64,000 bases of DNA, taken from a virus. Both the position numbers and the translations under genes were made by a program. Below the pieces are notes generated by a model, which saw only the letters and a program-made list of their open reading frames with translations, was not told where the DNA came from and did no database searches. This document shows, piece by piece, positions 1 to 10,011 of the stretch. Within the stretch, counting starts at the first letter, position 1, and each line of letters opens with the position of its first letter. The stretch covers positions 17,705 to 81,704 of the IMG/VR virus record IMGVR_UViG_3300042934_000861; one strand, given 5' to 3'.

Positions 1-1
1 T

Positions 2-265
2 GCAATCTCGCCCCTGTCCTGCGGCAATTCTGCCAAGGCAATTCAGGTAACTGATGTTTATACGGTGGAGAAGGGAGATACCCTTTGGAGCATTGCTGAC
101 CAATACATAGCGAAGAACACATACGGTAAACGGGATATTCGGGAGTTTTATCACGGGATCATTGAGCGCAATTACGAGACAGTGTTTAAAAACAGGGCTC
201 CCTATTACTTCATTTACCCGGGAGATAAGCTTGAAATCAGCTATTGGATAAAAGTGGAGGAGTAA
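2..265 (+). CDS. LysM-domain protein (YneA-like), 5' partial
   Basis: Frame open from position 2; YTVEKGDTLWSIA...IYPGDKLEI LysM signature. Confidence 0.8.
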   Translation, partial: AISPLSCGNSAKAIQVTDVYTVEKGDTLWSIADQYIAKNTYGKRDIREFYHGIIERNYETVFKNRAPYYFIYPGDKLEISYWIKVEE

Positions 266-267
266 CG

Positions 268-531
268 ATGCAGCAAGTCCGTGTAGGTGACTATGTAAGT
301 TGGACAAGCCGATCAGGCGAAGTTTCCAAAACAAAGGAAGGTGATGTGGTTGCATTGGTTGCTCGATCACATGATGCCTACCAATGTGTTCCTCAGAACA
401 CTCCTCCAAGAAGACTAAAGTTTAAGTCCGTTAATATGCAGTATGACCGTGTGTTAGTGGCCGTGAGGCGTAAAAGTGGTATTTACGATTACTATGCACC
501 GTCAATCAATATGGTTAAGGTGGTGGATTAG
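268..531 (+). CDS. hypothetical phage protein
   Basis: GGAGG SD before ATG 268; packed operon. Confidence 0.65.
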   Translation: MQQVRVGDYVSWTSRSGEVSKTKEGDVVALVARSHDAYQCVPQNTPPRRLKFKSVNMQYDRVLVAVRRKSGIYDYYAPSINMVKVVD

Positions 532-532
532 A

Positions 533-859
533 ATGGCGGTTGATTATAAAAAGCTTGAAAGGGATTTGGACAAAGCGAGGTTGGCGGCAATAGATGCAAT
601 ACCGGGAGACGATGGTGGCTCCTGCAATCGTGATACATTGGTGCTGCGCGTTCCATCGGCCAGAGAAAAGCTTGTTTTAAAAGCTATAAAGGCGGCTGGA
701 CTGCATTGCCGTGGTAAAAGTGAATGGTTGGGGCCTTGTTACTTTGTTTCTGGTCCTACCGGTGGACAGGGAAATGGGCGAACCAGGACCATTAAGGCAA
801 TGGAAAAAAGTTTAGAAGGCAATGGCTGGGATGCAAGTGTGTTTTATAAGATTGATTAG
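533..859 (+). CDS. hypothetical phage protein (DDGGSCNRD motif)
   Basis: ORF in operon, AGGTGG SD. Confidence 0.65.
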   Translation: MAVDYKKLERDLDKARLAAIDAIPGDDGGSCNRDTLVLRVPSAREKLVLKAIKAAGLHCRGKSEWLGPCYFVSGPTGGQGNGRTRTIKAMEKSLEGNGWDASVFYKID

Positions 860-870
860 GAAGTGAGAGT

Positions 871-1863
871 GTGGCTAAGACAAAAATCGAGTGGGCCGAT
901 AAGACCTGGAATCCTATTACCGGCTGCACAAAAATTAGCCCGGGATGCCATAACTGCTACGCCGAACGGATGGCAAAGCGATTGCAGGCAATGGGGCAAG
1001 AACGATACCGGAACGGATTTAAGCCTACTTGCCACATGGAAGTATTAGAGGAGCCTTTTCGCTGGCAAAAGCCGAAAAGAATATTCGTCTGCAGCATGAG
1101 TGACTTGTTCCATGAGGACGTGCCATTTGAATTTATAGCCAAGGTGTGGGAAGTATTTTACGAATGTGGACCATGCAAACGAACGTTTAATGATCATACT
1201 TTTCTGGTGCTTACAAAACGACCAGAGAGAATGCTCGAATTTTCCATTTGGTACCGGAAAGAAAAGTATATGCCGATTAACTATTCTAATGTCTGGCTTG
1301 GCGTAACTGCCGAGAATCAGGAGCAGGCAGACATACGGATACCAATATTGCTGCAGATACCGGCTGAAAAACGATTCGTAAGCGTAGAGCCGATGTTAGG
1401 ATCGATAGTTATCAATCAATATTTACCTCATTATCCGCGATTGTTTAGTGAGAGAAACGGATTTAAAAATTTCTTGGATTGGGTGATATGTGGCGGTGAA
1501 AGCGGACCGGGAGCGCGGCCAGTACATCCTGCCTGGGTAAGAGGATTAAGAGATCAGTGTCAGACAACAGGAGTACCATTTCTGTTTAAACAGTGGGGTT
1601 TATGGTGGCCGATATCGCAAATGCCAGATAATGCAGAAGACCTTTATTATCCAGGCCCCGAAGAAAGTCCTTACACTACTCGAAAGTGCCGTTATCAAAA
1701 TGGTGCATTGCAACTATCGGGAGAATTACTTCCGACACATAAATTTGGTTCTTGGGGCCATGGCGCTATGCAAACGTTTAAGGTCGGCAAAAAAAAGGCT
1801 GGACGCTTACTAGATGGTCATATGTGGGATCAGTATCCGGAGGCTAAAAACCATGTTGACTAA
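871..1863 (+). CDS. Phage Gp37/Gp68 family protein (DUF5131, radical-SAM-like three-Cys motif)
   Basis: TKIEWADKTWNPITGCTKISPGCHNCYAE; IFVCSMSDLFH; WVICGGESGPGARP; PFLFKQWG. Confidence 0.93.
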   Translation: MAKTKIEWADKTWNPITGCTKISPGCHNCYAERMAKRLQAMGQERYRNGFKPTCHMEVLEEPFRWQKPKRIFVCSMSDLFHEDVPFEFIAKVWEVFYECGPCKRTFNDHTFLVLTKRPERMLEFSIWYRKEKYMPINYSNVWLGVTAENQEQADIRIPILLQIPAEKRFVSVEPMLGSIVINQYLPHYPRLFSERNGFKNFLDWVICGGESGPGARPVHPAWVRGLRDQCQTTGVPFLFKQWGLWWPISQMPDNAEDLYYPGPEESPYTTRKCRYQNGALQLSGELLPTHKFGSWGHGAMQTFKVGKKKAGRLLDGHMWDQYPEAKNHVD

Positions 1864-2092
1864 ACGGCAAAGCGAACATTTAGCAAACCTTGCTGCGTTT
1901 TTGATCGCATTATTCTTTGGTTCTCTGATATGTTACAACACCGTGGATATTGAGAAGTTGCAGGATGATAGGAAACAACTAAAACAGGAAATTGTTCGTC
2001 TCAGGCAATTAATTGATGAACGTACTCATCCCGAAACAATACAGAAGCGCCAAATTGAATACTTGCTCCATGAAGGTGAGTTTAAGGAGTGA
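1853..2092 (+). CDS. small membrane-anchored coiled-coil protein
   Basis: GGAGG SD; one hydrophobic helix followed by coiled coil. Confidence 0.6.
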   Translation: MLTKRQSEHLANLAAFLIALFFGSLICYNTVDIEKLQDDRKQLKQEIVRLRQLIDERTHPETIQKRQIEYLLHEGEFKE

Positions 2093-2096
2093 TAGT

Positions 2097-2297
2097 ATGG
2101 CCGTTGCGATAGAAGAGTTAGAAATGATTCGTGAACTTCAGAGGGATGGTTTAACTGCAAAAGAAATTGGCCTGCGAATTGGTTATGCCCCGTCTACTAT
2201 TGAGGACCGTTTAAAACAGATGGGATATACATGCAACGGCGGCAGTGGGCATGGTGGTAGAAGGCCTGGCAGCGGGAGGAAAAAAGTTGGATTATAA
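2097..2297 (+). CDS. small HTH DNA-binding protein
   Basis: GLTAKEIGLRIGYAPSTIEDRL HTH; HGGRRPGSGRK tail. Confidence 0.65.
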   Translation: MAVAIEELEMIRELQRDGLTAKEIGLRIGYAPSTIEDRLKQMGYTCNGGSGHGGRRPGSGRKKVGL

Positions 2298-4785
2298 CGA
2301 GTTTTTAGCCAGCAAGATTATTCTTGCTGAAGATACCGGCTTTATAGTAAGCGACAGCGATGTTCACCCGATATTAAAACCGCACCAAAGGACTGCAGTA
2401 AAATGGGCTGTTAAAGGTGGCAGGAGAGCATTATTTGAAGCATTTGGGCTGGGCAAGACCGTACAGGAATTAGAGTGGTGCAGGCTTATTGTAGCTCGTG
2501 AAGGCGGCAAGGCGTTGATTGTTCTGCCTTTAGGTGTAAAGCAAGAGTTTACCCGGGATGCTGTCCATTTATTAGGAATAGAAAAACCGGAATACTGCCG
2601 TACGATGGCAGAGGTTGAAGCGGCAAAGACCGATATTATCATCACTAATTATGAACGGGTACGGGATGGGGATATTGAACCGACATATTTTATTGCCGCA
2701 AGTCTTGATGAAGCATCTTGCCTCAGGAGTTACGGCAGCAAAACGTATCAAACATTCTTGGATAAGTTTAAGGGAGTGCCTTATAAGCTGGTGAGCACGG
2801 CAACACCATCGCCCAATAAATATAAAGAGCTCATTCATTATGCCGGTTATCTTGAAATTATGGACACCGGTCAGGCGCTTACACGCTTCTTTCAAAGAGA
2901 TTCTACTAAGGCTAATAATCTAACATTGTACCCACATAAAGAAAATGAATTTTGGCTTTGGATGAGCAGCTGGGCGTTATTTATCACTCATCCCTCTGAC
3001 TTGGGATTTGATGATACGGGATATGCTTTGCCTCCGTTAAAAATTAACTATCACATGGTACAAGTAGATAACTCTACAGCTGGTGTGGATCGGGACGGAC
3101 AAGTAAAACTGATTCGTGATGCTGCAATATCCCTTGCAGATGCAGCAAAAGAAAAACGGGATAGCATTGATTCCAGAGTTGAAAAGATGCTCGAAATAAT
3201 CAAGGCTAGTCCGGATGAACACTTTATTGTATGGCATGACCTGGAAGCAGAGCGACATGCAATAAAAAAAGCACTACCTCAGGTAGTGGAGATATACGGT
3301 AGCCAAGAGTATGAACTCCGAGAGCAACATGTAATTGATTTTTCTGAAGGCCGTACTCAGTACTTAGCTACAAAAAAAGAGATAAGTGGTCAAGGCTGTA
3401 ACTTCCAGAAGTTCTGCCATAGGGCAATCTTCTTAGGCATTGATTATGAGTTTAATGATTTCATCCAAGCTATACACCGTATCTACAGGTACTTGCAAGT
3501 TAACGAAGTGGTTATTGATATTATTTGCACCGAAAGTGAGCAACAAATATTAAAGGCGCTCATGGAGAAATGGAAGCAACATGATCATATGGTTGGAAAA
3601 ATGGTTGAGATAATCAAGAAGCACGGTCTTTCAAGTACCTCAATGGCAGAAAAAATGGCAAGGACAATAGGAGTTGAGCGTGTGGAGGTAAGTGGAGAAC
3701 ACTTTACGATAGCAAACAATGATTGCATTTTAGAGACGGCACAAATGGAATCAGATAGTATTGACCTGATTGTTACTTCGATTCCGTTTAGCAATCACTA
3801 CGAGTATACGCCGAGTTACAATGATTTTGGTCATAACCAAAGTACGGAAAAATTCTTTGAACAAATGGATTATCTTTCCCCCAATTTATTAAGAGTGCTG
3901 CGGCCAGGTAGAGTATTTGCCTGCCATGTAAAAGATCGAGTGTTGTTCGGTAACGCTACTGGCACAGGAATGCCCACAATTGAACCATTTCACGCTTTGT
4001 GTATTGATCACTATATGAAGCACGGTTTTCACTATTTTGGCATGATTACGGTGGTTACAGACGTAGTTAGGGAGAATAATCAAACCTACCGTTTGGGCTG
4101 GACAGAACAATGCAAGGATGGAACTAAAATGGGTGTTGGTTGCCCTGAATATATTTTGTTATTTCGGAAGCTGCCAACTGATACCGGTAAGGCGTATGCA
4201 GATGTGCCGGTGGCTAAAACGAAGGGAGAGTATACCCGGGCTCAGTGGCAGATAGATGCGCATGCGTTTTGGCGATCGAGTGGTAATCGACTTTTGAGTA
4301 AAGACGAACTTTCCTCCATCCCGGTTGAAAATCTACAAGCTGTCTACCGGAAATATTCGAAAGAATATGCCTACAATTATGAGCAGCATGTTGAGTTGGC
4401 CAAGCGATTAGATGAAAACGGGAAGCTGCCAGCGTCCTTTATGGTGGTTGCCCCTGGATCATGGACTGATGAAGTCTGGGATGATATTAACCGAATGAAA
4501 ACCCTTAATACTTCTCAGAGTAGAAAACGACAACAGATGCACGTATGCCCGTTGCAGATTGATATTGTGGAGCGGATTATAAACCGCTATAGCAATCCTG
4601 GTGAGGTTGCCTATGATCCTTTTGGTGGGTTAATGACTGTACCTTTAGTAGCAATAAAGAAAGGGCGATATGGACGTGCTTGTGAGCTCAATTCGGATTA
4701 TTTTAGGGATGGTTTAGGTTATTTAAAAGTCGCAGAAGCAGAAAGTGAAGAACCAACACTATTTGATTTTATTGAGGTGAGCTAA
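2287..4785 (+). CDS. SNF2-like helicase fused to N4/N6 DNA methyltransferase
   Basis: FGLGKT Walker A, LDEAS, TATPSPN, QAIHRIYR; C-terminal half with TSIPFSNHY and YDPFGGLMT motifs (beta-class order). Confidence 0.9.
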   Translation: MDYNEFLASKIILAEDTGFIVSDSDVHPILKPHQRTAVKWAVKGGRRALFEAFGLGKTVQELEWCRLIVAREGGKALIVLPLGVKQEFTRDAVHLLGIEKPEYCRTMAEVEAAKTDIIITNYERVRDGDIEPTYFIAASLDEASCLRSYGSKTYQTFLDKFKGVPYKLVSTATPSPNKYKELIHYAGYLEIMDTGQALTRFFQRDSTKANNLTLYPHKENEFWLWMSSWALFITHPSDLGFDDTGYALPPLKINYHMVQVDNSTAGVDRDGQVKLIRDAAISLADAAKEKRDSIDSRVEKMLEIIKASPDEHFIVWHDLEAERHAIKKALPQVVEIYGSQEYELREQHVIDFSEGRTQYLATKKEISGQGCNFQKFCHRAIFLGIDYEFNDFIQAIHRIYRYLQVNEVVIDIICTESEQQILKALMEKWKQHDHMVGKMVEIIKKHGLSSTSMAEKMARTIGVERVEVSGEHFTIANNDCILETAQMESDSIDLIVTSIPFSNHYEYTPSYNDFGHNQSTEKFFEQMDYLSPNLLRVLRPGRVFACHVKDRVLFGNATGTGMPTIEPFHALCIDHYMKHGFHYFGMITVVTDVVRENNQTYRLGWTEQCKDGTKMGVGCPEYILLFRKLPTDTGKAYADVPVAKTKGEYTRAQWQIDAHAFWRSSGNRLLSKDELSSIPVENLQAVYRKYSKEYAYNYEQHVELAKRLDENGKLPASFMVVAPGSWTDEVWDDINRMKTLNTSQSRKRQQMHVCPLQIDIVERIINRYSNPGEVAYDPFGGLMTVPLVAIKKGRYGRACELNSDYFRDGLGYLKVAEAESEEPTLFDFIEVS

Positions 4786-5034
4786 ATGGTGATTGTCGAT
4801 GATGCGTTTTTAGTTGCAGAGATAAAAAATATCATTACCTCATTGCGGAGTCCGGCTTGCAATGTTGCTGATAAAGCAGAAAAAGAGCAAGTATTGTGGC
4901 AGGCAATACGGGATATCGCTGGTCCAAATATTCACTTGGTAGATCAGGTGACTTTTGAACGACTGTATCACAAGCACTATGCAATGAAATACGCCTTTTT
5001 GGAACGGCGACAAAGAAGTAGAGCAAGCGGTTAA
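4786..5034 (+). CDS. hypothetical protein
   Basis: GAGGTG SD, ORF in operon. Confidence 0.6.
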   Translation: MVIVDDAFLVAEIKNIITSLRSPACNVADKAEKEQVLWQAIRDIAGPNIHLVDQVTFERLYHKHYAMKYAFLERRQRSRASG

Positions 5035-5045
5035 GGAGGGGAACT

Positions 5046-6011
5046 ATGGCTTGTGGATATGATGATACCTACATACTGCTATACCGCAAGCTCTTACACA
5101 ACGGTCATTTCTCCTTACCGCATATTGCTTTTAAGATATTCATTTACTTATTGTTAAAAGCAAATCGATTTCCAGATATAAAATGGAAATTAGGAATTGG
5201 TGAATGTTGGGTTAGCTATTCAGACATTCAGGCTGATTGCGCAGAGGGAGATGGAAATGTTCTCAGTAAGGCTACTGTGGCAAAAATGTTAAATTTGCTA
5301 GAGCATGGAGGATATATTAGGCGCATTGTAACGGAAGGAGTTGGTATGAAAGTGAAAGTGCAAAACTATGGGGCTTATCAATTAAAAGACACCAGTTCAT
5401 TTAGTGAACCGATAGGCATAAATGACCAGTCAACCAGTTCATTAAATGAACCGCTTACCAGTTTAGTAACCAGTTCATTAAATGAACCGCTACATGAAGA
5501 AAAAAACTCTCGAATCCTTGAAGAGGCTGTGAGTAATGCCAGTTCAACGGTTGTCGGCGGTTCATCTACCGGTTCACTTACCAGTTCACTTACCGGTTCA
5601 TCTAGTGAACACATACAAGAAAGTAATAAAGAAAGTAAAAGAATAAAGAAACATACTGTGATGGATCATTATCATGACTTGTTTGTTGAGAAGTTTGACG
5701 AGAAGCCATTTATTAATGGTGGCAAAGATGGTACCTTGCTCAAAAAAGTGATAAATACCTACGGAGAAGATAAAACAAGGTCGCTGCTAACGACTTTCTT
5801 TAATAGTGAAGATAAATTTATTAGAGATAGCGGTTACTCAATTGGCGCTTTTGTCAGTCAGATTAATAAGTTAGTAATAGCTGCAAGGGAGGTAGGAAAT
5901 CGTGGAAAAAATCAGCAACATCACAATCCTGGGCGAGTGGCAGGAAAGAGCGAAGCAAGCAAGCCAAATTTCCTCCCATTCGGTGTCCGTTGTGCAGGTG
6001 AAGACGATTGA
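5046..6011 (+). CDS. phage replication initiator (replisome organizer)
   Basis: N-terminal wHTH (YILLYRKL...FIYLLLKAN), central iteron-encoded TSSLNEP repeats, upstream of DnaC-like gene. Confidence 0.85.
   Translation: MACGYDDTYILLYRKLLHNGHFSLPHIAFKIFIYLLLKANRFPDIKWKLGIGECWVSYSDIQADCAEGDGNVLSKATVAKMLNLLEHGGYIRRIVTEGVGMKVKVQNYGAYQLKDTSSFSEPIGINDQSTSSLNEPLTSLVTSSLNEPLHEEKNSRILEEAVSNASSTVVGGSSTGSLTSSLTGSSSEHIQESNKESKRIKKHTVMDHYHDLFVEKFDEKPFINGGKDGTLLKKVINTYGEDKTRSLLTTFFNSEDKFIRDSGYSIGAFVSQINKLVIAAREVGNRGKNQQHHNPGRVAGKSEASKPNFLPFGVRCAGEDD
5391..5651. repeat. Iteron array plus A-rich tract: probable phage replication origin
   Basis: ACCAGTTCATTAAATGAACCGCT at 5433 and 5469, variants at 5391 and 5592; 12-bp RGTTCAYYTACC repeats from 5559; A-rich run 5617-5651. 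Confidence 0.85.
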
Positions 6012-6744
6012 AGCGTGTCCTTGGCCAAATCGAGATTGTAGTATTTGTGATAATCGGGATGTAACTGATAAAGGTGTATTGACCCGTTATATAACAAACG
6101 AGTGTAAGGCTGCTCGAATGAGAGAATCGTTACTTGCTAAAAGTGGTCTGGAAGGAGTAGATATTCGGCAGACTTTTAGCAGTGCGATAGTAGACAAGTA
6201 TACCAGACGATTGTACCAATATCTGCAGCATGAATGGGATAGAAAGCAATGGATTTATATTTATAGCCCAAAGGATGTTCAAAGTATAAATCCAACTGGA
6301 AATGGTACGGGGAAAAGTTATACTGCGAATGCTATTGCTAACATGCTAATCGACGAAGGCATACCCGTTTTGGTAATTCGGGAGATTGATATGGCTTCTC
6401 AAATACAGGATACATTTGGCGATAAAACAGGTGAAAGTGAATATGCGCTGATGGGGAAGTATAAGGCCATTCAAGTTTTGATTGTGCAAGATTTTGGTAA
6501 ACAAGGTTGCAAGACAGAATGGTGGCCTATGAAACTATATGACATTATTGATAAACGGGTTATCAGTAATAAGACAACAATTTTTACAAGCAATCATGAT
6601 ATAACTAATCTTCGTGCAATGGAAGAGCGTTTTGGTGATAACCACGGGCCAGCCATAAGGTCAAGAATGGTAGGTAAGTGTGGTAGTAATCAAAACATCT
6701 GGAGATTAGAAGGTCCGGACAGAAGATTAAAAACAGGAGGATGA
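5902..6744 (+). CDS. DnaC/IstB-like helicase loader ATPase
   Basis: CSIC Zn motif, GNGTGKS Walker A, LIVQDFG Walker B, TIFTSN, AIRSRM. Confidence 0.85.
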   Translation: MEKISNITILGEWQERAKQASQISSHSVSVVQVKTIEACPWPNRDCSICDNRDVTDKGVLTRYITNECKAARMRESLLAKSGLEGVDIRQTFSSAIVDKYTRRLYQYLQHEWDRKQWIYIYSPKDVQSINPTGNGTGKSYTANAIANMLIDEGIPVLVIREIDMASQIQDTFGDKTGESEYALMGKYKAIQVLIVQDFGKQGCKTEWWPMKLYDIIDKRVISNKTTIFTSNHDITNLRAMEERFGDNHGPAIRSRMVGKCGSNQNIWRLEGPDRRLKTGG

Positions 6745-6890
6745 TTAAAGTGGAACAGTGCATTATGGGAGAAAAATGCGATTGCTCGTTTAATCGTAAT
6801 GGCTGCGTAAGTGCGCCGCAATTGCTAGACCTTGGACTTGGCTGCATAGCGGTATGCGGTAAATATCGACAGGGAATGAGGGGTAAGTAA
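6741..6890 (+). CDS. small Cys-rich protein (49 aa, not in ORF track)
   Basis: MIKVEQCIMGEKCDCSFNRNGC...; ATGA overlap with upstream stop; fills the gap exactly. Confidence 0.5.
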   Translation: MIKVEQCIMGEKCDCSFNRNGCVSAPQLLDLGLGCIAVCGKYRQGMRGK

Positions 6891-6891
6891 T

Positions 6892-7215
6892 ATGCAATTC
6901 GCTATTGAAACACTTGTTTCGTTACTCGTTGGGGCTTTTATGGGAGCTATGATTGCAAATATGCGGTCTGAAAAGCGCATAGCAAAGCTGGAAAGCGGAT
7001 TAGGAGATGTTCGTATGTATTCTGTTTTATTGGGTTTTGCTACCGAAAAGTTGATTCATCATGAATATAAACCTGTTTTTCACAGACAGCTTCTAGAAGT
7101 TGCGGTTGAAAGAATAAGTGATGTATTAAATATCCCTTTTAGCAATAAAAAACATACAGGTGGCCAGATAGGAAATAGTGTGATTATCAGCTTGTTTCCT
7201 GAAGATGAGAGGTGA
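6892..7215 (+). CDS. membrane-anchored hypothetical protein
   Basis: N-terminal hydrophobic helix; GAGGGG SD. Confidence 0.6.
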   Translation: MQFAIETLVSLLVGAFMGAMIANMRSEKRIAKLESGLGDVRMYSVLLGFATEKLIHHEYKPVFHRQLLEVAVERISDVLNIPFSNKKHTGGQIGNSVIISLFPEDER

Positions 7216-7220
7216 TATGA

Positions 7221-7826
7221 GTGAGTTCTGTATCAAAAGAATCGATATTGGCTGCGCAAAACGGGGATTTAGAAAAGCTTGAGGAAATCTTGGAATTGTT
7301 TTACCAGTTTGGTATGGAAACGGTTGTTAGCATGGGATTGCCGTCGTATGAATGGGAGGATGCAAGGCAATCAGGACTCATTCGGGTTGCTGCAGCAATA
7401 AAAAGATATGATTCTGCCCGCAATATGAAACCGATAAACTACTTGTTCATGGCATTAAAGGCCGGAATAAATACCTACCTTCGCGGATTGAATTTCCAGA
7501 AAAACAAAATGATGACCGGGGCGCTGCGATTGGATTCGGCTATTGATAAGGATTCTACTAATCAAAACACTTGGATGGATATTATCAAAGATCCGGATGC
7601 AAATGTTTTTGAAAGTGTTTCAAATTACTTGGATTTTGAAGGGTTTTACCTTGAACTGGATCAGTCGCTGTCTCCGCTTGAACGTGGAGTATTGGAATTG
7701 CGGTACCAAGGTATGCAACCACAGGCAATTTGTAAAGTGTTAAATGTTAAGCAAAAAACAGAAGATAATGCTTGGTGGAGAATCCGAAAGAAGGCAGTTT
7801 TACTCAGGCATAAAGTTGCTATATGA
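7221..7826 (+). CDS. sigma-70 family sigma factor, SigH/Spo0H-like
   Basis: AQNGD...EDARQSGLI...AIKRYD region 2; LSPLERGVL...KTEDNAWWRIRKK resembles SigH region 4 (KSIDNALQRVKRK). Confidence 0.85.
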   Translation: MSSVSKESILAAQNGDLEKLEEILELFYQFGMETVVSMGLPSYEWEDARQSGLIRVAAAIKRYDSARNMKPINYLFMALKAGINTYLRGLNFQKNKMMTGALRLDSAIDKDSTNQNTWMDIIKDPDANVFESVSNYLDFEGFYLELDQSLSPLERGVLELRYQGMQPQAICKVLNVKQKTEDNAWWRIRKKAVLLRHKVAI

Positions 7827-8092
7827 AACGATCAGAAATAAAGGTCGGGGGCATATATCGAGGTTCCAATAGAAAAATAGTAATAATAACAGATATTTAT
7901 CGCCCCGGCCCCGGGGATCAACGTAAAGATGATATCGTTGTATATCAAGTTATTCAGATGCATCGTAATCGTGGAAGTCGGCAGCGAGTCGGACAAGTGT
8001 ATGAAGTACAAATGCTGAGCTTTGCTTCATGGGTAATAAGAAAAGTTGAATTTGAGTTAGGAAATCTGAGTCTTTGGGATGGATATATGTGA
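7823..8092 (+). CDS. hypothetical protein
   Basis: ATGA overlap; EIKVGGIYRG...SFASW. Confidence 0.6.
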   Translation: MKRSEIKVGGIYRGSNRKIVIITDIYRPGPGDQRKDDIVVYQVIQMHRNRGSRQRVGQVYEVQMLSFASWVIRKVEFELGNLSLWDGYM

Positions 8093-8101
8093 TAAAGGAG
8101 C

Positions 8102-9034
8102 ATGGATATGAGTGAGCGCAAATTAGTGGTTGATACGGCTCAGGGATGGTTTGATTCTGCACGTAATGACAATTACTCAATGGCCGAAAAATTAATATGC
8201 ATGGAAAATGCCCTAAATCATACAGAGAACGCATTAGTTGCCGAACGGTCTAAAACAACACACCTGCAAAGCGTGGTTGCCATTGGGGCTGACAATGTTA
8301 GGGAAGCCTGGGGGGCTTTAAGGCTCGTACGGATGATCTTAGAAGAGTGTGCTCCACCAAGCAGTGTCCCAAATGATGAATATATAGATCCAAACTTCAC
8401 TTCGCATGGAATGGCATTGGTTGAGGGGATTGTAGCTTTAAGGGACCAGGCTGCGAGAGTGCTGCAGGAAAGGGATTCGGCTAGGGCCACTATAGCCGCT
8501 ATGCGCTCAGCCTTAAAGGACGCACATAATTATATATACGATAATGCACCTACCGGAACTGTAACTAATCAGTTTGTGCGTGATATAGCAAAAATAATGC
8601 AGACCATCGACCAAGCCCTATCCAATACAGCCGGGGCAGATATACTGCAAAGGGTGCGGGATTTGGAGCAGACATTGGAGCAGGAGCGGACAGAGGTTGC
8701 AAAAGGCGTTAATGCTATAAAGCAGGCTATAAAATTACGAAACTGGATGCTTGAAGGACGCGGACCATATGCCTATAACGATGACAGGTGGATAGGGGAG
8801 TTTGCAGATGCAATCAAAGAAATTGAGTCTGCATTAGATCCGCTCGAAAGAATTGCCCGTGACACATCCAATCGCACCACAGCCGGGGCAGAGTATGCAG
8901 AACGGGTTAAGCGGCTGGAAGAGGCGGCACAGGCGGTATTGGACAGGACGGGCGATTCCGGAGAAACGCCGAGCGTATCAGTTTGCGCTGTGAAGTTAAG
9001 GGGCCTACAGGCCGTACTAGGGGAGGGCAAGTAA
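8102..9034 (+). CDS. coiled-coil hypothetical phage protein with internal duplication
   Basis: AAGGAG SD; TAGA-x-RV-x-LE occurs twice. Confidence 0.7.
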   Translation: MDMSERKLVVDTAQGWFDSARNDNYSMAEKLICMENALNHTENALVAERSKTTHLQSVVAIGADNVREAWGALRLVRMILEECAPPSSVPNDEYIDPNFTSHGMALVEGIVALRDQAARVLQERDSARATIAAMRSALKDAHNYIYDNAPTGTVTNQFVRDIAKIMQTIDQALSNTAGADILQRVRDLEQTLEQERTEVAKGVNAIKQAIKLRNWMLEGRGPYAYNDDRWIGEFADAIKEIESALDPLERIARDTSNRTTAGAEYAERVKRLEEAAQAVLDRTGDSGETPSVSVCAVKLRGLQAVLGEGK

Positions 9035-9342
9035 TGGGATCAAAAATGGTCGATGCTGATATTTACGACTTTTTAAGGTGCCACGAATGCCATTTGTTTA
9101 AAAGAAATGTAGAGGTTTTTGGTTGGGTTGTGGTGCCATTCGATGATCTTGGTAAATTCCAAAGCATTGTAAATAAATACGAGTTTCAAGATGGATTGGA
9201 AGTCACCATGAAACTAGGTTATATCGCTATTGAATTAAACAACTTTATAGAAATAGAGAATTATAAAAATTGTTTTGATAATGACGAATGGCGTGATTAT
9301 TTCCCGGAATCGCCTACAGGGGAGGGTAAAGCAGATGCGTAA
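9034..9342 (+). CDS. hypothetical protein
   Basis: GGGGAGGG SD, TAATG coupling. Confidence 0.65.
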   Translation: MGSKMVDADIYDFLRCHECHLFKRNVEVFGWVVVPFDDLGKFQSIVNKYEFQDGLEVTMKLGYIAIELNNFIEIENYKNCFDNDEWRDYFPESPTGEGKADA

Positions 9343-9739
9343 CAGAGAGCAGGAAAAGAAGATTATGGTTAAGGCAACGGCTGGACCATGGGAAGTTGGT
9401 CATTTGTACAGTGAACATGCGTATAACGTTAAAACTACCTATCCCCGCGGTGTACGTGAAGATGAATTTATTCTTGGGATGATGTTTAACCATCGCCCTG
9501 ACGAAACGAATCCCCAAGACAAAATTGATGCTCAATTCATTGCCGCAGCCCGTACAGGATGGCCCGAGGATTTGGTCTGGCGGGAGAGAGCGGAAGAATT
9601 GCTAAAAAGGCTGGAATGGGCCAGCGATGATGGAGAGCATTGTCCATGCTGCGGTGGATACAAAGGGAATTGGTATCCAAACGGAAAAGGCCATTCCGTC
9701 GATTGTGAGTTAACATCCCTTATAGGGGAGGGGCGGTAA
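9335..9739 (+). CDS. Ead/Ea22-like phage protein
   Basis: KATAGPW...DAQFIAAAR motif plus CPCC. Confidence 0.6.
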   Translation: MRNREQEKKIMVKATAGPWEVGHLYSEHAYNVKTTYPRGVREDEFILGMMFNHRPDETNPQDKIDAQFIAAARTGWPEDLVWRERAEELLKRLEWASDDGEHCPCCGGYKGNWYPNGKGHSVDCELTSLIGEGR

Positions 9740-10011
9740 TGGTTGTTTACGGATACGAAATAAAAGCTTGTATAATCGGAGCTATTGCCGACTACATGTG
9801 GGAAAAGAAACAATTCAACTTTTATGATATTAAACATGAGCTTGAACGAATGGGAGTACCGGAAAATATTAAAACAAGCATATTGTATACCTATAGCGAT
9901 ATATCTAGTCGGGCTGCCAATCGGATAATCCAGCAGCAGAGGAGATCCGGAAACATTAAATATTACCAAAAAAAATTCCTATGGCAATGGGTAGGGGAGG
10001 GTAAGCAGTAA
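9739..10011 (+). CDS. hypothetical protein
   Basis: SD and TAATG coupling. Confidence 0.6.
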   Translation: MVVYGYEIKACIIGAIADYMWEKKQFNFYDIKHELERMGVPENIKTSILYTYSDISSRAANRIIQQQRRSGNIKYYQKKFLWQWVGEGKQ

